From: an uncultured Lentisphaerales bacterium
GTDB taxonomy: Bacteria; Verrucomicrobiota; Lentisphaeria; JABSQK01; UBA12247
Assembly (NCBI GenBank): GCA_943788985.1
Contig: CALSSJ010000032.1
Coordinates: forward strand, 1 to 64,000
DNA: 64,000 bases
Direction: 5' to 3'
The position numbers and the translations under genes were made by a program. The notes under the pieces are model-generated. The model ran no database searches, had not been told where the DNA came from, and saw nothing but the letters and a program-made list of their open reading frames with translations. Within the stretch, counting starts at the first letter, position 1, and every line of letters begins with the position of its first letter. This document shows, one piece after another, positions 47,536-57,390 of the stretch.

Positions 47536-48804
47536 TCAGAACTCCATGCGTTTCAGGAGGACATCATTTTCGTAACTGCGAACATCGTTGATCCATGCGG
47601 GGCCGACGGGAACTTCTTGCTGCAGGCAGTAGTAGTCCCAGACTGCACCCCATGGCATCGATTTGAGTTCTTCGAGCATGACCAAGCGATCTGTGTAATT
47701 TCCTGCCTCTTCCAGGGAGCGCAGGCTGTCTGTGGGCTCAAGGAGCGCAATGAGCAGCGCTTTAATCATGTTGCGCGTCCCAATGACCCAGGCGGCAATG
47801 CGATTGATGCTCGCGTCAAAAAAGTCCAAACCAATGTTGACCCGGCCGAGAAACCGGTTTCGGACGATCTCTGAGGCGATGGCGATCAACTCGTTATCCA
47901 AGGTGACGACGTGATCGCTGTCCCAGCGAACGCCACGGCTGACGTGAAGGAGAAGCTCATCGAGATAGAGCAGGACGCTGGAAATTTTATCGGAAATCAC
48001 TTCCGTGGGATGGAAGTGCCCCGCATCGAGGCAGAGCATCTTCTGATTTTTTACTGCGTAACCCAGGTAGAACTCGTGAGAGCCGATCACGCAGCTTTCG
48101 GAGCCAATGCCAAAGAGCTTACACTCGACGGCATCACGCATGTTGGGCAAGGATTCTGCGAACATCGCATCGAGAGATTCGACGAGTAGTTCACGCCGGG
48201 TGCGGCGGTCAATAGGGGTATCCTTGAAGCCGTCCGGAATCCAGACGTTTGTCACCGGAGGAGAACCGAGTTCCCTGCCCATCCAGTCTGCGATCCGCCG
48301 ACAGGCGCGACCGTGGGCGATCCAATAGTCGCGAATGGCAGGGTCAAGATGCGCCAGGGTAAAGCCGTCATCCGCATTGGGATGAGAGAAAAACGACTGG
48401 TTAAAGTCTACACCGATGTCAGTAGCCCGCGCCCAGTCGACCCAGCCTTGGAAATGGCAGGGCTCGAGTTCGGCGCGATCAACAGCCTGGCCACCAGTTT
48501 CCGCATAAATGGCATGTAGATTGACTCGATGGCGGCCGGGAATGAGGGCGAAGGCTTGGTTAAGGTCGCCTCGCAACTCACCCGCGGTGCGGGCGCGGCC
48601 GGGATAATTCCCGGTCGCGAGAATGCCACCGCCACTAAGACCGTCTCCAGATTCAAAGCCGGCCACGTCATCGCCCTGCCAGCAGTGCAGGGAAATGGGT
48701 ATTTTCGAGAGTGCCCGGAGCTGCGCGTCGGTATCGATTCCAAGTTCAGCATAGCGCGCTTGCGCTAGCTTGTACTGGGATTCGACCGAAATCGGGCTGG
48801 GCAT
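47536..48804 (-). CDS. rhaA: L-rhamnose isomerase
   Basis: [44 protein letters not shown]. Confidence 0.95.
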   Translation of the reverse strand: MPSPISVESQYKLAQARYAELGIDTDAQLRALSKIPISLHCWQGDDVAGFESGDGLSGGGILATGNYPGRARTAGELRGDLNQAFALIPGRHRVNLHAIYAETGGQAVDRAELEPCHFQGWVDWARATDIGVDFNQSFFSHPNADDGFTLAHLDPAIRDYWIAHGRACRRIADWMGRELGSPPVTNVWIPDGFKDTPIDRRTRRELLVESLDAMFAESLPNMRDAVECKLFGIGSESCVIGSHEFYLGYAVKNQKMLCLDAGHFHPTEVISDKISSVLLYLDELLLHVSRGVRWDSDHVVTLDNELIAIASEIVRNRFLGRVNIGLDFFDASINRIAAWVIGTRNMIKALLIALLEPTDSLRSLEEAGNYTDRLVMLEELKSMPWGAVWDYYCLQQEVPVGPAWINDVRSYENDVLLKRMEF

Positions 48805-48815
48805 AATGGTCTCGA

Positions 48816-49226
48816 TCAGCCCTCTGCGGTTTCGGGAGCCGTTGCTGGCTCCTGCTCTGGGGCTGTGTGAGGTTGCTCGACCCACTCCAAATAGCACATC
48901 TCGGCAGAGTCACCTGCGCGCGGGCCAATCCGAACGATGCGCGTGTAACCACCTTGCCGGTCCGCAAACAGCGGGCCGTAGGTATCAAACAGATGGCGTA
49001 CGGTCGGCAGGTCCTTCAAAATGGAAATGGCCCGGCGGCGGCTTGCAAGGTCACCTGCCTTGGCCAGGGTGACCATGCGCTCCGCGATCCGACGGGCTGC
49101 TTTTGCCTTCGGGATAGTGGTTTTGATGCGGCCTTCCCGAATCAGGCTGCCTGCCTGATTAGAGAGCATCGAACGGACATGGTCCGAACGACGTCCTAGT
49201 TGAACTTTATATTTGCGATGGCGCAT
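48816..49226 (-). CDS. rplQ: 50S ribosomal protein L17
   Basis: MRHRK, IKTT.PKAK, GGYTRI. Confidence 0.97.
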   Translation of the reverse strand: MRHRKYKVQLGRRSDHVRSMLSNQAGSLIREGRIKTTIPKAKAARRIAERMVTLAKAGDLASRRRAISILKDLPTVRHLFDTYGPLFADRQGGYTRIVRIGPRAGDSAEMCYLEWVEQPHTAPEQEPATAPETAEG

Positions 49227-49229
49227 GGC

Positions 49230-50270
49230 TTATGCCTCTTCTGCTTCTGACGTCGTGACTGGCACGCTGCGCTTCTGTTGCTCACGCTGAAGTGCGATGC
49301 GTACGTTCTCGGAGATATCCATGCACAGCTCGAGTCCCATCTCTACGATCTTTTCCTTAAGCTCATTGAGGGACTTCTGCCCAAAGTTGCGATACTTCAG
49401 CATCTCAGCTTCGCCACGCTGGACCAAATCACCAATAGTGTGGACGTCTGCGTTGTTCAGGCAGTTTTGTGCACGTACAGATAACTCGAGCTCGGTAACT
49501 GGACGCAACAGCTTGCGAAGCAGTGCTTCATCCTGTGGCGTGGTAATGAGCTTTGCGGCAGGATCCTCATCGATCGGGTCGAGGCCAGTGAAGACCTTGA
49601 GATGGTCTGCAAGAATGCAGGCTGCCTGGCGTACTGCGTCACCTGGTGATACGCGGCCGTCGGTCCAGACTTCAAGTTCGAGGCGATCGTAGTCTGTGCG
49701 CTGGCCGACACGAGTGGCCGACACAAAATAGGCGACACGGCGAATTGGGCTGAACAGGCTATCCGTTGGAATCACACCAATCGGGTGATCTTCACGTTTG
49801 TTGTCGTCGGCGGGGCGGTAGCCACGGCCACGATCGATTTCGATCTCGATGATGAGTTCGGTTTCGCGGTCACACGTACAGATGACTTTTTCCTGATTCA
49901 AGACGCGGGTTACGCTGTCCACGGCAATCTCGCCTGCGCGAATTTCACCATCGTGGTTTGTGCGCAGTTCGAGGCGGCGTGGGGTTTCACCATTGCACTC
50001 CAAGAGGACTTCCTTGAAGTTGAGTACGATCTCAGTGATGTCTTCAATGACGCCAGGCATCGAGGAAAACTCGTGCTGGGCACCGTGCACATGAATGGAG
50101 GAAACGGCAACGCCTTCGAGGCAGGACAACAGCACGCGCCGGAGAGCGTTTCCGAGCGTGTGGCCAAAGCCCTTCTCGAGCGGTTCAGCCACAAACTTGG
50201 CGTAGGTGTTTGTCGACGTGGTTTCGTCGATCACCAACTGGTTGGGCATTGTGAAAGGTTGAACGGACAT
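49230..50270 (-). CDS. rpoA: RNA polymerase alpha subunit
   Basis: EPLEKGFGHTLGNALRRVLL, GRGY, LELSVRAQNCL, NFGQKSLNE. Confidence 0.98.
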   Translation of the reverse strand: MSVQPFTMPNQLVIDETTSTNTYAKFVAEPLEKGFGHTLGNALRRVLLSCLEGVAVSSIHVHGAQHEFSSMPGVIEDITEIVLNFKEVLLECNGETPRRLELRTNHDGEIRAGEIAVDSVTRVLNQEKVICTCDRETELIIEIEIDRGRGYRPADDNKREDHPIGVIPTDSLFSPIRRVAYFVSATRVGQRTDYDRLELEVWTDGRVSPGDAVRQAACILADHLKVFTGLDPIDEDPAAKLITTPQDEALLRKLLRPVTELELSVRAQNCLNNADVHTIGDLVQRGEAEMLKYRNFGQKSLNELKEKIVEMGLELCMDISENVRIALQREQQKRSVPVTTSEAEEA

Positions 50271-50323
50271 AGTGGCTCCTTGGGGAACGATAGGTTTCGC
50301 TGCAGGAAGGCGGCGAATGCCGA

Positions 50324-50944
50324 TTACTTGGAGTACAACTCGACGACGAGTTGTTCGTTGGCGACAGACTGCAGATCTGTGCGCAACGGGGTGCGATCCA
50401 CGACAACCTTAAGGTTTTCTTGGTCTACTTGAACCCACTCTGGGACCTCACGATGAACAGACTCTTCCAGATAACGGCGGGTAAGCGCCAGGGACCGGGA
50501 GGAATCCTTCACTGTGATTGTATCACCTGCACGCATGGTGCAAGATGGGATGTTTACACGGCGACCATTGACGGACAGATGGCCATGCAGAACGAGTTGG
50601 CGCGCGGCGTCACGTGTCGGCGCCAAGCCAGCACGGTAAACCACGTTGTCGTACCGCGATTCGAGCAGGATCAGCAGGTTATCACCAGTGATGCCTTGCA
50701 TGCGGCGTGCCCGTTCAAAGGTAATGCGAAACTGTTTTTCGGTCACGCCGAAGCAGTACTTCAGCTTCTGCTTCTCGAGCATCTGCTGACCATAGTCACT
50801 GAGTTTGCGCCGGTTGTGCGTAGCGCCGTGCTGCCCCGGAGGGTTCGGACGATTCGCCAGTAGACGATCAAATTTTGGAGTGCCATAGATGTTGGTGCCG
50901 AATCGGCGTACAATCTTGCCCTTGGGGCCACGGTAGCGGGACAT
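50324..50944 (-). CDS. rpsD: 30S ribosomal protein S4
   Basis: MSRYRGP, PPGQHG, EKQK, ARQLVLHGH, VVELYSK. Confidence 0.98.
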   Translation of the reverse strand: MSRYRGPKGKIVRRFGTNIYGTPKFDRLLANRPNPPGQHGATHNRRKLSDYGQQMLEKQKLKYCFGVTEKQFRITFERARRMQGITGDNLLILLESRYDNVVYRAGLAPTRDAARQLVLHGHLSVNGRRVNIPSCTMRAGDTITVKDSSRSLALTRRYLEESVHREVPEWVQVDQENLKVVVDRTPLRTDLQSVANEQLVVELYSK

Positions 50945-50969
50945 GTTTTATTCTCTCTAGACCTAAGGG

Positions 50970-51404
50970 TTAGACGCGGCGACGCTTGGGAGGGCGGCAG
51001 CCATTGTGGGGGACCGGAGTCATGTCGCGCAGGGCACCGATCTCAAGACCGGAGGCTACAACGCCACGGACGGCGGACTCACGTCCGGCGCCTGGGCCCT
51101 TGATTTCGACTTCAACGTCGCGAAGGCCATAGGTTGTCATGGCGCGCTTGCATGCTTCCACCGCGACAACCTGTGCAGCATAGGCAGTGCTCTTGCGGGA
51201 GCCCTTGAAGCCTTGCTTACCAGCCGATGACCATGTCAAAACGTTACCGTTCATATCAGTCACGCACACCTTAGTGTTGTTGAAGGTGGCGTGCACATGC
51301 ACGACACCGCGGGAAACATTGATAATCTTATTCTTGGCGCCTTTCTTCCGCTTAACGGGGGCCAAAACGACATTTGCAATGTCGTCATCCATAATATCAG
51401 ACAC
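50970..51404 (-). CDS. rpsK: 30S ribosomal protein S11
   Basis: [40 protein letters not shown]. Confidence 0.98.
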   Translation of the reverse strand: MSDIMDDDIANVVLAPVKRKKGAKNKIINVSRGVVHVHATFNNTKVCVTDMNGNVLTWSSAGKQGFKGSRKSTAYAAQVVAVEACKRAMTTYGLRDVEVEIKGPGAGRESAVRGVVASGLEIGALRDMTPVPHNGCRPPKRRRV

Positions 51405-51438
51405 AGGAATTCTCCAGTCTCAGTTCGTTACTTCTAAA

Positions 51439-51837
51439 TTAACGTGCTGCTTTACGCTCAGCCTTGTCACGAATGGCCCCGACTGTCCGCTTGCCGCCCT
51501 TCCGGGTACGTGCGTTGGTCTTGGTGCGCTGCCCACGGACTGGAAGCTTGGCGCGATGCCGAAAGCCGCGGTAGGACTTGATGTGCTGGAGTCGACGGAT
51601 GTCTTGCTGGACTTTGCGACGAAGGTCGCCTTCCACCATGAAATCATCGTCATTCTGCACGAGGGCGTTAATCACACCGGCCTGGGCGTCTGTCAAGTCG
51701 TAGACGCGTGTCTCGGGATCGAGATTGCAGCGTTGGCAGATGGACAGTGCCAGATGGGGGCCCACACCGTAAATATAGGTCAAGGCTATTTTGAGCTTCT
51801 TGCGTTCGGGAATATCTACACCGACGATACGTGGCAT
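51439..51837 (-). CDS. rpsM: 30S ribosomal protein S13
   Basis: MPRIVGVDIP, LTYIYGVG, LPVRGQRTKTNARTRKG. Confidence 0.98.
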   Translation of the reverse strand: MPRIVGVDIPERKKLKIALTYIYGVGPHLALSICQRCNLDPETRVYDLTDAQAGVINALVQNDDDFMVEGDLRRKVQQDIRRLQHIKSYRGFRHRAKLPVRGQRTKTNARTRKGGKRTVGAIRDKAERKAAR

Positions 51838-51849
51838 GTCAGTTTCTCC

Positions 51850-51963
51850 TTAACCTTGACGTTGTTTGTGACGTGGATCTGAACAAATAACTCGCACTAC
51901 CCCGCCGCGGCGGATGATGCGGCAATTAACGCAGCGACGTTTAACGGAAGCGCGAACTCGCAT
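51850..51963 (-). CDS. rpmJ: 50S ribosomal protein L36 (zinc-ribbon type)
   Basis: [37 protein letters not shown], 37 aa from ATG 51963. Confidence 0.97.
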   Translation of the reverse strand: MRVRASVKRRCVNCRIIRRGGVVRVICSDPRHKQRQG

Positions 51964-52099
51964 AGGGAACTCCTGAAACTTAGATCTAAAAACTAAAAAA
52001 AAATCGGTGCAGACGGCCTCTTGGTAGGGAGGTGTCGGTGTCTGGGCGAAGCGGCTAATATAGCAAGACCGATGTTCTTGCAAATGCGGGAATCGGAAA

Positions 52100-52315
52100 T
52101 CAGGTTTTGCGGTAGACGATTCGCGCCTTGGCGAGGTCATAGGGGGACATCTCCAAGGTGACCGTATCCCCCGGCAGGATGCGGATGAAATGCAGGCGCA
52201 TTTTGCCGCTGATGTGCGCTAGGACGGTGTGCCCGCCCGGGATTTCTACTCGAAACATGGTGTTCGGCAGAAGTTCCTTGACGGTGCCTTCTAGTCTTAT
52301 TGCGTCTTTGGGCAA
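52100..52315 (-). CDS. infA: Translation initiation factor IF-1
   Basis: [30 protein letters not shown] start inside the end of map. Confidence 0.97.
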   Translation of the reverse strand: MPKDAIRLEGTVKELLPNTMFRVEIPGGHTVLAHISGKMRLHFIRILPGDTVTLEMSPYDLAKARIVYRKT

Positions 52316-53070
52316 GTGATTATCTCCGCTTCGTGATGTGTAATGATTATCATATGTTCGAAATGCGAGGACATGCTGCCGTCCTGGGTGCGGACCGTCC
52401 AGCCATCCTCGTGATCTAGTGTGACCCGGTGCGTGCCAATGTTTACCATGGGTTCGATGGCGAGGACCATGCCGGGGCGCAAGCGCGTGGTGGCGCGGCG
52501 GGTGACGTAATTTGGAACTTCCGGGGGTTCGTGCAGGTCGACGCCGCAGCCGTGCCCGACAAAGTCATGAACGACGCTAAAGCCAGCAGAAGTCACCATT
52601 TTTTCGATTGCGCGTCCGATGTCTTGAACGGTATTGCCTGCATTGGCAGCCTTGATGCCCGCATACAGGCTCGCCTTTGTGATGTCCATCAGTTTCGCGA
52701 CTTGCGTGGTGGCTGGGCCCATAGAGACTGAGCGTGCGTTATCTCCGACATAGCCTTCGAAGTGGACGCCACAATCGATTTTTACGAGGTCGCCCATGAG
52801 TACTGTACGGCTGTCGTTGCCTATGCCATGGACAACTTCTTCGTTCAGGGAAATGCAGACTTGGCCAGGGAAGCCTTTGTAGTTCAGAAAGGCGCTGGTG
52901 GCGCCAAGTTCCTTGATCGTCTGGCCCGCGTATCGGTCCAGTTCACCTGTGGTCATGCCTGGTCTGACGTATCTGCAGATGCGATCCAGTGCTGTGGCTG
53001 CAACGACAGCGGCCTGGCGAATTCCCGCCAAGGCTTCGTCGGAGTGGATGATATATTTCGGTTTTGGCAT
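52297..53070 (-). CDS. map: Methionine aminopeptidase type I
   Basis: [37 protein letters not shown]. Confidence 0.95.
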   Translation of the reverse strand: MPKPKYIIHSDEALAGIRQAAVVAATALDRICRYVRPGMTTGELDRYAGQTIKELGATSAFLNYKGFPGQVCISLNEEVVHGIGNDSRTVLMGDLVKIDCGVHFEGYVGDNARSVSMGPATTQVAKLMDITKASLYAGIKAANAGNTVQDIGRAIEKMVTSAGFSVVHDFVGHGCGVDLHEPPEVPNYVTRRATTRLRPGMVLAIEPMVNIGTHRVTLDHEDGWTVRTQDGSMSSHFEHMIIITHHEAEIITCPKTQ

Positions 53071-53174
53071 CGGATTCAAATGGGTGGGAGTGCGCGTCCG
53101 CGGCGCGTGGGCAAAGTGGCGAAGATAGCGAATTGCGCCTAGGGGTCAAATTTTACTTGACCTGAGGGCAGTCG

Positions 53175-54098
53175 TTACACGGCTATGGTCATGCCCTCGC
53201 GAGCCCAGAAGAGGTTGAAGGAAGTTTCCTTGGTGCGGAACCTGCGGCCGTAGGTGCGTCCGTAGTCGTCGATCTGGCTATCCGACGTGCGCGGCTCATG
53301 ATGAAAGACCGCGAGTTGCTTTACCTCGCTCTCGATGGCTATCTCTGCGACGGTCGGGATGGATGAATGTCCCCAGCCTCGGCGATTCGTGTACTCGGTC
53401 TCCGAGTATTGGCCGTCGCCGATCAGTAGGTCGGCACCTCGGATGAAATCTTTGAACTCCGCCAGCAAGCGAGCACGCTCTTCAAGATCGAGATGCCCCC
53501 ATTGCGGGTCCGCCTGGAAGTTTTCTGGTGGGTCAGTCATCTGGTCGAGTTCGATGTCGCTAGCGTAGACCATGGTGCGGTCGCCCAAGCGAATGCGATA
53601 CCGGGCACAGCCCCCAGGATGAAAAATCTGTTCCTGCCAATCTAAGCGCAAGTCTCCGATTTCGATCGCTTTGGCGTTGATTTCGTGGATTTCCAAGGTG
53701 GCGTTAAACATCGACATGTCGATGGGAAAGTAGTGTGTGTCCATTTGGCCTTCGAGGATATTCTCAAGGACCTTTTCTCGCGCCGGGCTGCCGTAGATGT
53801 GCATCTGGACCCCAGGGATGAAGGCTGGCTCAAAGAATGGCAGGCCCTGGATGTGATCCCAGTGGGTGTGGCTCAGGAAGAGGTGAATCTTTTTCAGGTG
53901 CTTGCCAGCATTGACTGCTTTGGCTAGCTCAATGCCCAGCAGGCGGATGCCGGTGCCAGCGTCAATGATGACTAGGCTATCTTGATGCTCAATGCTGACG
54001 CAGGGGGTGTTCCCGCCGTACTTCTCTGTCATTCGGCCCGGAGTGGGGAGTGAGCCGCGCGTGCCCCAGAATGTTACGTGTAGTTGATTGCTGCTCAT
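53175..54098 (-). CDS. MBL-fold metallo-hydrolase
   Basis: FWGTRGS, GGNTPC, DAGTG, SHTHWDHIQG, GWGHS, FHHEP. Confidence 0.9.
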   Translation of the reverse strand: MSSNQLHVTFWGTRGSLPTPGRMTEKYGGNTPCVSIEHQDSLVIIDAGTGIRLLGIELAKAVNAGKHLKKIHLFLSHTHWDHIQGLPFFEPAFIPGVQMHIYGSPAREKVLENILEGQMDTHYFPIDMSMFNATLEIHEINAKAIEIGDLRLDWQEQIFHPGGCARYRIRLGDRTMVYASDIELDQMTDPPENFQADPQWGHLDLEERARLLAEFKDFIRGADLLIGDGQYSETEYTNRRGWGHSSIPTVAEIAIESEVKQLAVFHHEPRTSDSQIDDYGRTYGRRFRTKETSFNLFWAREGMTIAV

Positions 54099-54607
54099 GA
54101 ATCAGTGGCTTTTGGGGGGACGTTTACCGTGGGCATATCTCGCAGTTTCTTTTCCAGAAACAGGAGCCGAGCTTCCCCAATCTCAATCTGGTCATTGTCG
54201 CGCAGAACACTGCGTACGATCCGCACGTTATTGAGGTACGTTCCATTCGTGCTATCCAGGTCCTCTACCAAGTACTCTTCATCCATGCGGTAGACTCGAG
54301 CGTGAATGCGGGAGATGTTCTTCAGCGGCAACTGAATGGTCGCCTCAGGGCTGCGGCCGATGGTGATCTCTTCGCTCCCCAGTTCTATGCCCTGTATGGC
54401 ACCTACGCCACGGACTTCAAGAAACGCGGTCTCGTACACTACTACTCCGTCGCCCAAGATATCACGCCGCGACAGCCGCAGGGTGTTTGAGTCCGCTGAT
54501 TCGGCGATAGGCGGCGCAGACGGTCCGCTTGCGAAAGCGGTGTCGTCAGTGGCTCCTGGACGAACTATTTTCGCCATCACCGTTTTGTCTTTGCTTAACC
54601 CGCTCAA
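54095..54607 (-). CDS. FHA-domain protein
   Basis: IGR, ISRIHA, DLDSTNGT phosphothreonine-binding motifs. Confidence 0.9.
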   Translation of the reverse strand: MSGLSKDKTVMAKIVRPGATDDTAFASGPSAPPIAESADSNTLRLSRRDILGDGVVVYETAFLEVRGVGAIQGIELGSEEITIGRSPEATIQLPLKNISRIHARVYRMDEEYLVEDLDSTNGTYLNNVRIVRSVLRDNDQIEIGEARLLFLEKKLRDMPTVNVPPKATDS

Positions 54608-54660
54608 TATCTTGGCTCACTGCGCGTGGCGTTGCGTTCGCGTTAAGTTCAATGTAAAAT

Positions 54661-57390
54661 TCAATCTCGCCGTGACAAGCCAAGTGGCACAGAATCCGCT
54701 AAAATTCTCGCGGTGTCGTCAGCGGTCTGCTCGCCTCCTTCGCGGATTAAATGGATCCATTGGTCACTGCAGTCGTGCCGAATTAAGTGGTCAATGACGC
54801 GCTCTCGGGTCGCGGTGTCTAAGTCCAATGCCCGAACTCCAGTTTTTTCTGAAATTTGGGTCAACGTAAAATTGATTGCACCTTGTTGTTGACTGTTCTC
54901 TTCAGTCATGAGACGCGTCAACCATGGTGTAACCGCTGCTGGTGGCAGTATCAGATTTTCAGGCCCCTGGAAAAGTTTCCGTGCGCCAAGCCGTGCGAGG
55001 GCCCACAGTTCAAACGACGCGAACTCCGGGCGTTTTATCAGGATCGAACCAAATCTCTGTTTGGCTTGGACCGGCAGCCATTCCATGGCACCGATGCAGC
55101 GCCACATTTCTAGTCTGGCCTGCTCCCCTTCTCTAATGGCCCTGCGATACTTACTTTTTGGGGCAATGATTTTGCCTGAAACCCCGCTCACGGTGCTCTG
55201 GTGACCTGCCTTTAAGCCACCTGCTACACGGCGCCAGAAAACCCACCACTCGGCTACATTCTGCGCGCTTTTGGGGTAAGCTAGCCCGTCGAACCACATG
55301 GACCAGACTTTTCGCATGCGCAGTGCATCACCGGGATCGCCGAAGCCAGGCCGCAGGCAGAATCCGAGAAGATTAAGCCAGCGTGCTTCAATCGGTGCGG
55401 CCCGTCGCGCCACGTCTCTGATACTTATCAGGGAGTCGGAAAAGGTCCTGCAGGTGTGCATGGTCCAGTTGGTTTTTTGCTGGCCAGTGATTTGCTCAAG
55501 GCGCTGAGGTAGCTTGGCTAGCGCCTGAGGTGGGCCATTGAATGATTGCTCTAACTCACGAACCGCAGCGTCCAACGTAGCCGCCGGGAGGACGACGCTG
55601 GTGGTCTCTTCAGAATTTGTCGTTTGGGCGGCGATTGCAGGGCGCAGATCGAAGCGTAGCGGCCAAGAGTGATCAGTTGACGCGGATTCAAGCGCGATTT
55701 CGAGCGCTCCTACCTCCGTGACTTGGCTGCGAAGCGACACTTTCAGGCCCTGCTTTTCGCCCTTGCCAAACTGCAGAACTGAGACCAGAGGGGCAACCAG
55801 ACTCAGCTCGTCCTTCTCTGTCTGGACAACTCCAGGCTGATCATGCAGACGCGTTGCGCTGCTGAATAAGGGGAATTGAACGCTCTGGTTGGTCTGAAGC
55901 TGAAAGCTTCCAGGGACTGTGGTCACGGTGCCTTCGTCCGTGTCACGGGAGATCAAACACACGATCTCGTTGCCGTCCGGGCCGTTGATCTCGGTATAGT
56001 ACGCGTGCGAAATTCCGCCCTGAACTCGTACACCTTCGCCCCGTCGCCCACGTCCGTAGTAGCTGGCCCCCCGCGCGACTGCGAGGGCGTAGTCGCTTTC
56101 CAGTTCTACAGGCTTGGTGCGGTCAGGGAACCAGGATGCGAGTGCGGAAAGAACCTGCTTCCGAACCGTGGACGGGATCGTGCTGCCACCATTGAACAGA
56201 ACGTGCTTGGGAAAGGCTAGCGAGTCGTCATCTTTGGAGATCTCAGCCGCTCTTCGTAAGAATGCGAGCAGGTGAGAGGTTACCGCGGGGTCTTGTGCGT
56301 ACGGCAGGCCCATTTGGCGAATTCCTGCAGCCTGCGGCGGCTGGGCATCGCGATCCAAAAGTGGAAAGAAGCCCTCGGTTAGCAGAGACAGCAGTTCGTC
56401 TCGCCGAAGTTCTGCGGTTCGCGTTCCGCCCAGAAGCGAGCTGCCGCGCGAAAGTAGAGTGATTGGTGCGGAGTCCACATCGCCGTTCAGCAAGTCTTCC
56501 TTGGCTTTGCGGCAAAGCTGCACGAGCTTGCTCCACTCCGCGGGCTTCAACGTGGTCTTCCATGCTTGCTCGAAGCGTCGAGCGAGCGCAATGTCGATGT
56601 TGTCTCCGCCTAGCAGCAGGTGCTCACCGACGGCAAATCGTCGCAGCTTGCCGCCAGCCTCTAGTTGAATGAAGGAGAAGTCGGTGGTTCCACCGCCCAC
56701 GTCGATCACAAGAATTCGCTCCCCCGGATCCAGAGAGGTCTGCCAGGTATCAGCGTTGACATCCAGCCAGGCATAAAACGCTGCCAATGGTTCTTCCAAT
56801 AGCTGAATTTCCCGCAGCCCGGCATCTCTAGCCGCACGAATGGTTAGATCGCGCGCGGTTTCGTCGAAGCTTGCAGGGACCGTCACCACAACTTGCTGTT
56901 CTTGTAGAATGCACGGCGAGCCTTCGCGGTCGCGGGTTTTCCCCAAGACCTGATTCCAGGCGTCTCGAATATGCCGGAGATAGCAGGTGCTGACTGCCAG
57001 CGGAGAAAGCTTGTCAGAGGAGTTGCTTCCCCACGGGAGAATGGCGTCCTCCCGGTCGACCCCGGCGTGAGAGAGCCAGGATTTTGCCGAGTTGATCAGC
57101 TGGCTCGGGAGTGTAGCTCCATAGTCGCGTGCAAAGGTGCCAACAGCCTGTGGCGGATTCTTTAGCCAGGGAAGGTCCACAGCGCCGTCTGGGAGCTCCA
57201 CGCCGGGCAAGTAGCAGAATGAGGGAAGAAGCCGGCATGGGGAAACTTCTCCAGATGCGACCACCTGGGGAATGTTGAACACTTCGCCCGCGTGATTCTC
57301 CTGGTAGGTGTCATAGAAGAAGCAGGCGCTGTTCGTCGTGCCAAGGTCTATTCCGACGATATACCGTGACTGGTGAAGCGCATCACTCAT
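54661..57390 (-). CDS. Atypical Hsp70-family protein with C-terminal DUF3731-type helical domain
   Basis: GIDLGTTN, TVPASFD, EEPLAAFY, DVGGGTTDFS, LGGDNID, LFNGG; tail WLNLLGFCLRPGFGDPGD...WWVFWRRVAGGL. Confidence 0.88.
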   Translation of the reverse strand: MSDALHQSRYIVGIDLGTTNSACFFYDTYQENHAGEVFNIPQVVASGEVSPCRLLPSFCYLPGVELPDGAVDLPWLKNPPQAVGTFARDYGATLPSQLINSAKSWLSHAGVDREDAILPWGSNSSDKLSPLAVSTCYLRHIRDAWNQVLGKTRDREGSPCILQEQQVVVTVPASFDETARDLTIRAARDAGLREIQLLEEPLAAFYAWLDVNADTWQTSLDPGERILVIDVGGGTTDFSFIQLEAGGKLRRFAVGEHLLLGGDNIDIALARRFEQAWKTTLKPAEWSKLVQLCRKAKEDLLNGDVDSAPITLLSRGSSLLGGTRTAELRRDELLSLLTEGFFPLLDRDAQPPQAAGIRQMGLPYAQDPAVTSHLLAFLRRAAEISKDDDSLAFPKHVLFNGGSTIPSTVRKQVLSALASWFPDRTKPVELESDYALAVARGASYYGRGRRGEGVRVQGGISHAYYTEINGPDGNEIVCLISRDTDEGTVTTVPGSFQLQTNQSVQFPLFSSATRLHDQPGVVQTEKDELSLVAPLVSVLQFGKGEKQGLKVSLRSQVTEVGALEIALESASTDHSWPLRFDLRPAIAAQTTNSEETTSVVLPAATLDAAVRELEQSFNGPPQALAKLPQRLEQITGQQKTNWTMHTCRTFSDSLISIRDVARRAAPIEARWLNLLGFCLRPGFGDPGDALRMRKVWSMWFDGLAYPKSAQNVAEWWVFWRRVAGGLKAGHQSTVSGVSGKIIAPKSKYRRAIREGEQARLEMWRCIGAMEWLPVQAKQRFGSILIKRPEFASFELWALARLGARKLFQGPENLILPPAAVTPWLTRLMTEENSQQQGAINFTLTQISEKTGVRALDLDTATRERVIDHLIRHDCSDQWIHLIREGGEQTADDTARILADSVPLGLSRRD

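Noticed and set aside
51850..52140. 96-aa extended L36
   Set aside because: The true L36 is the last 37 aa from ATG 51963; the extension overlaps infA and intergenic DNA.
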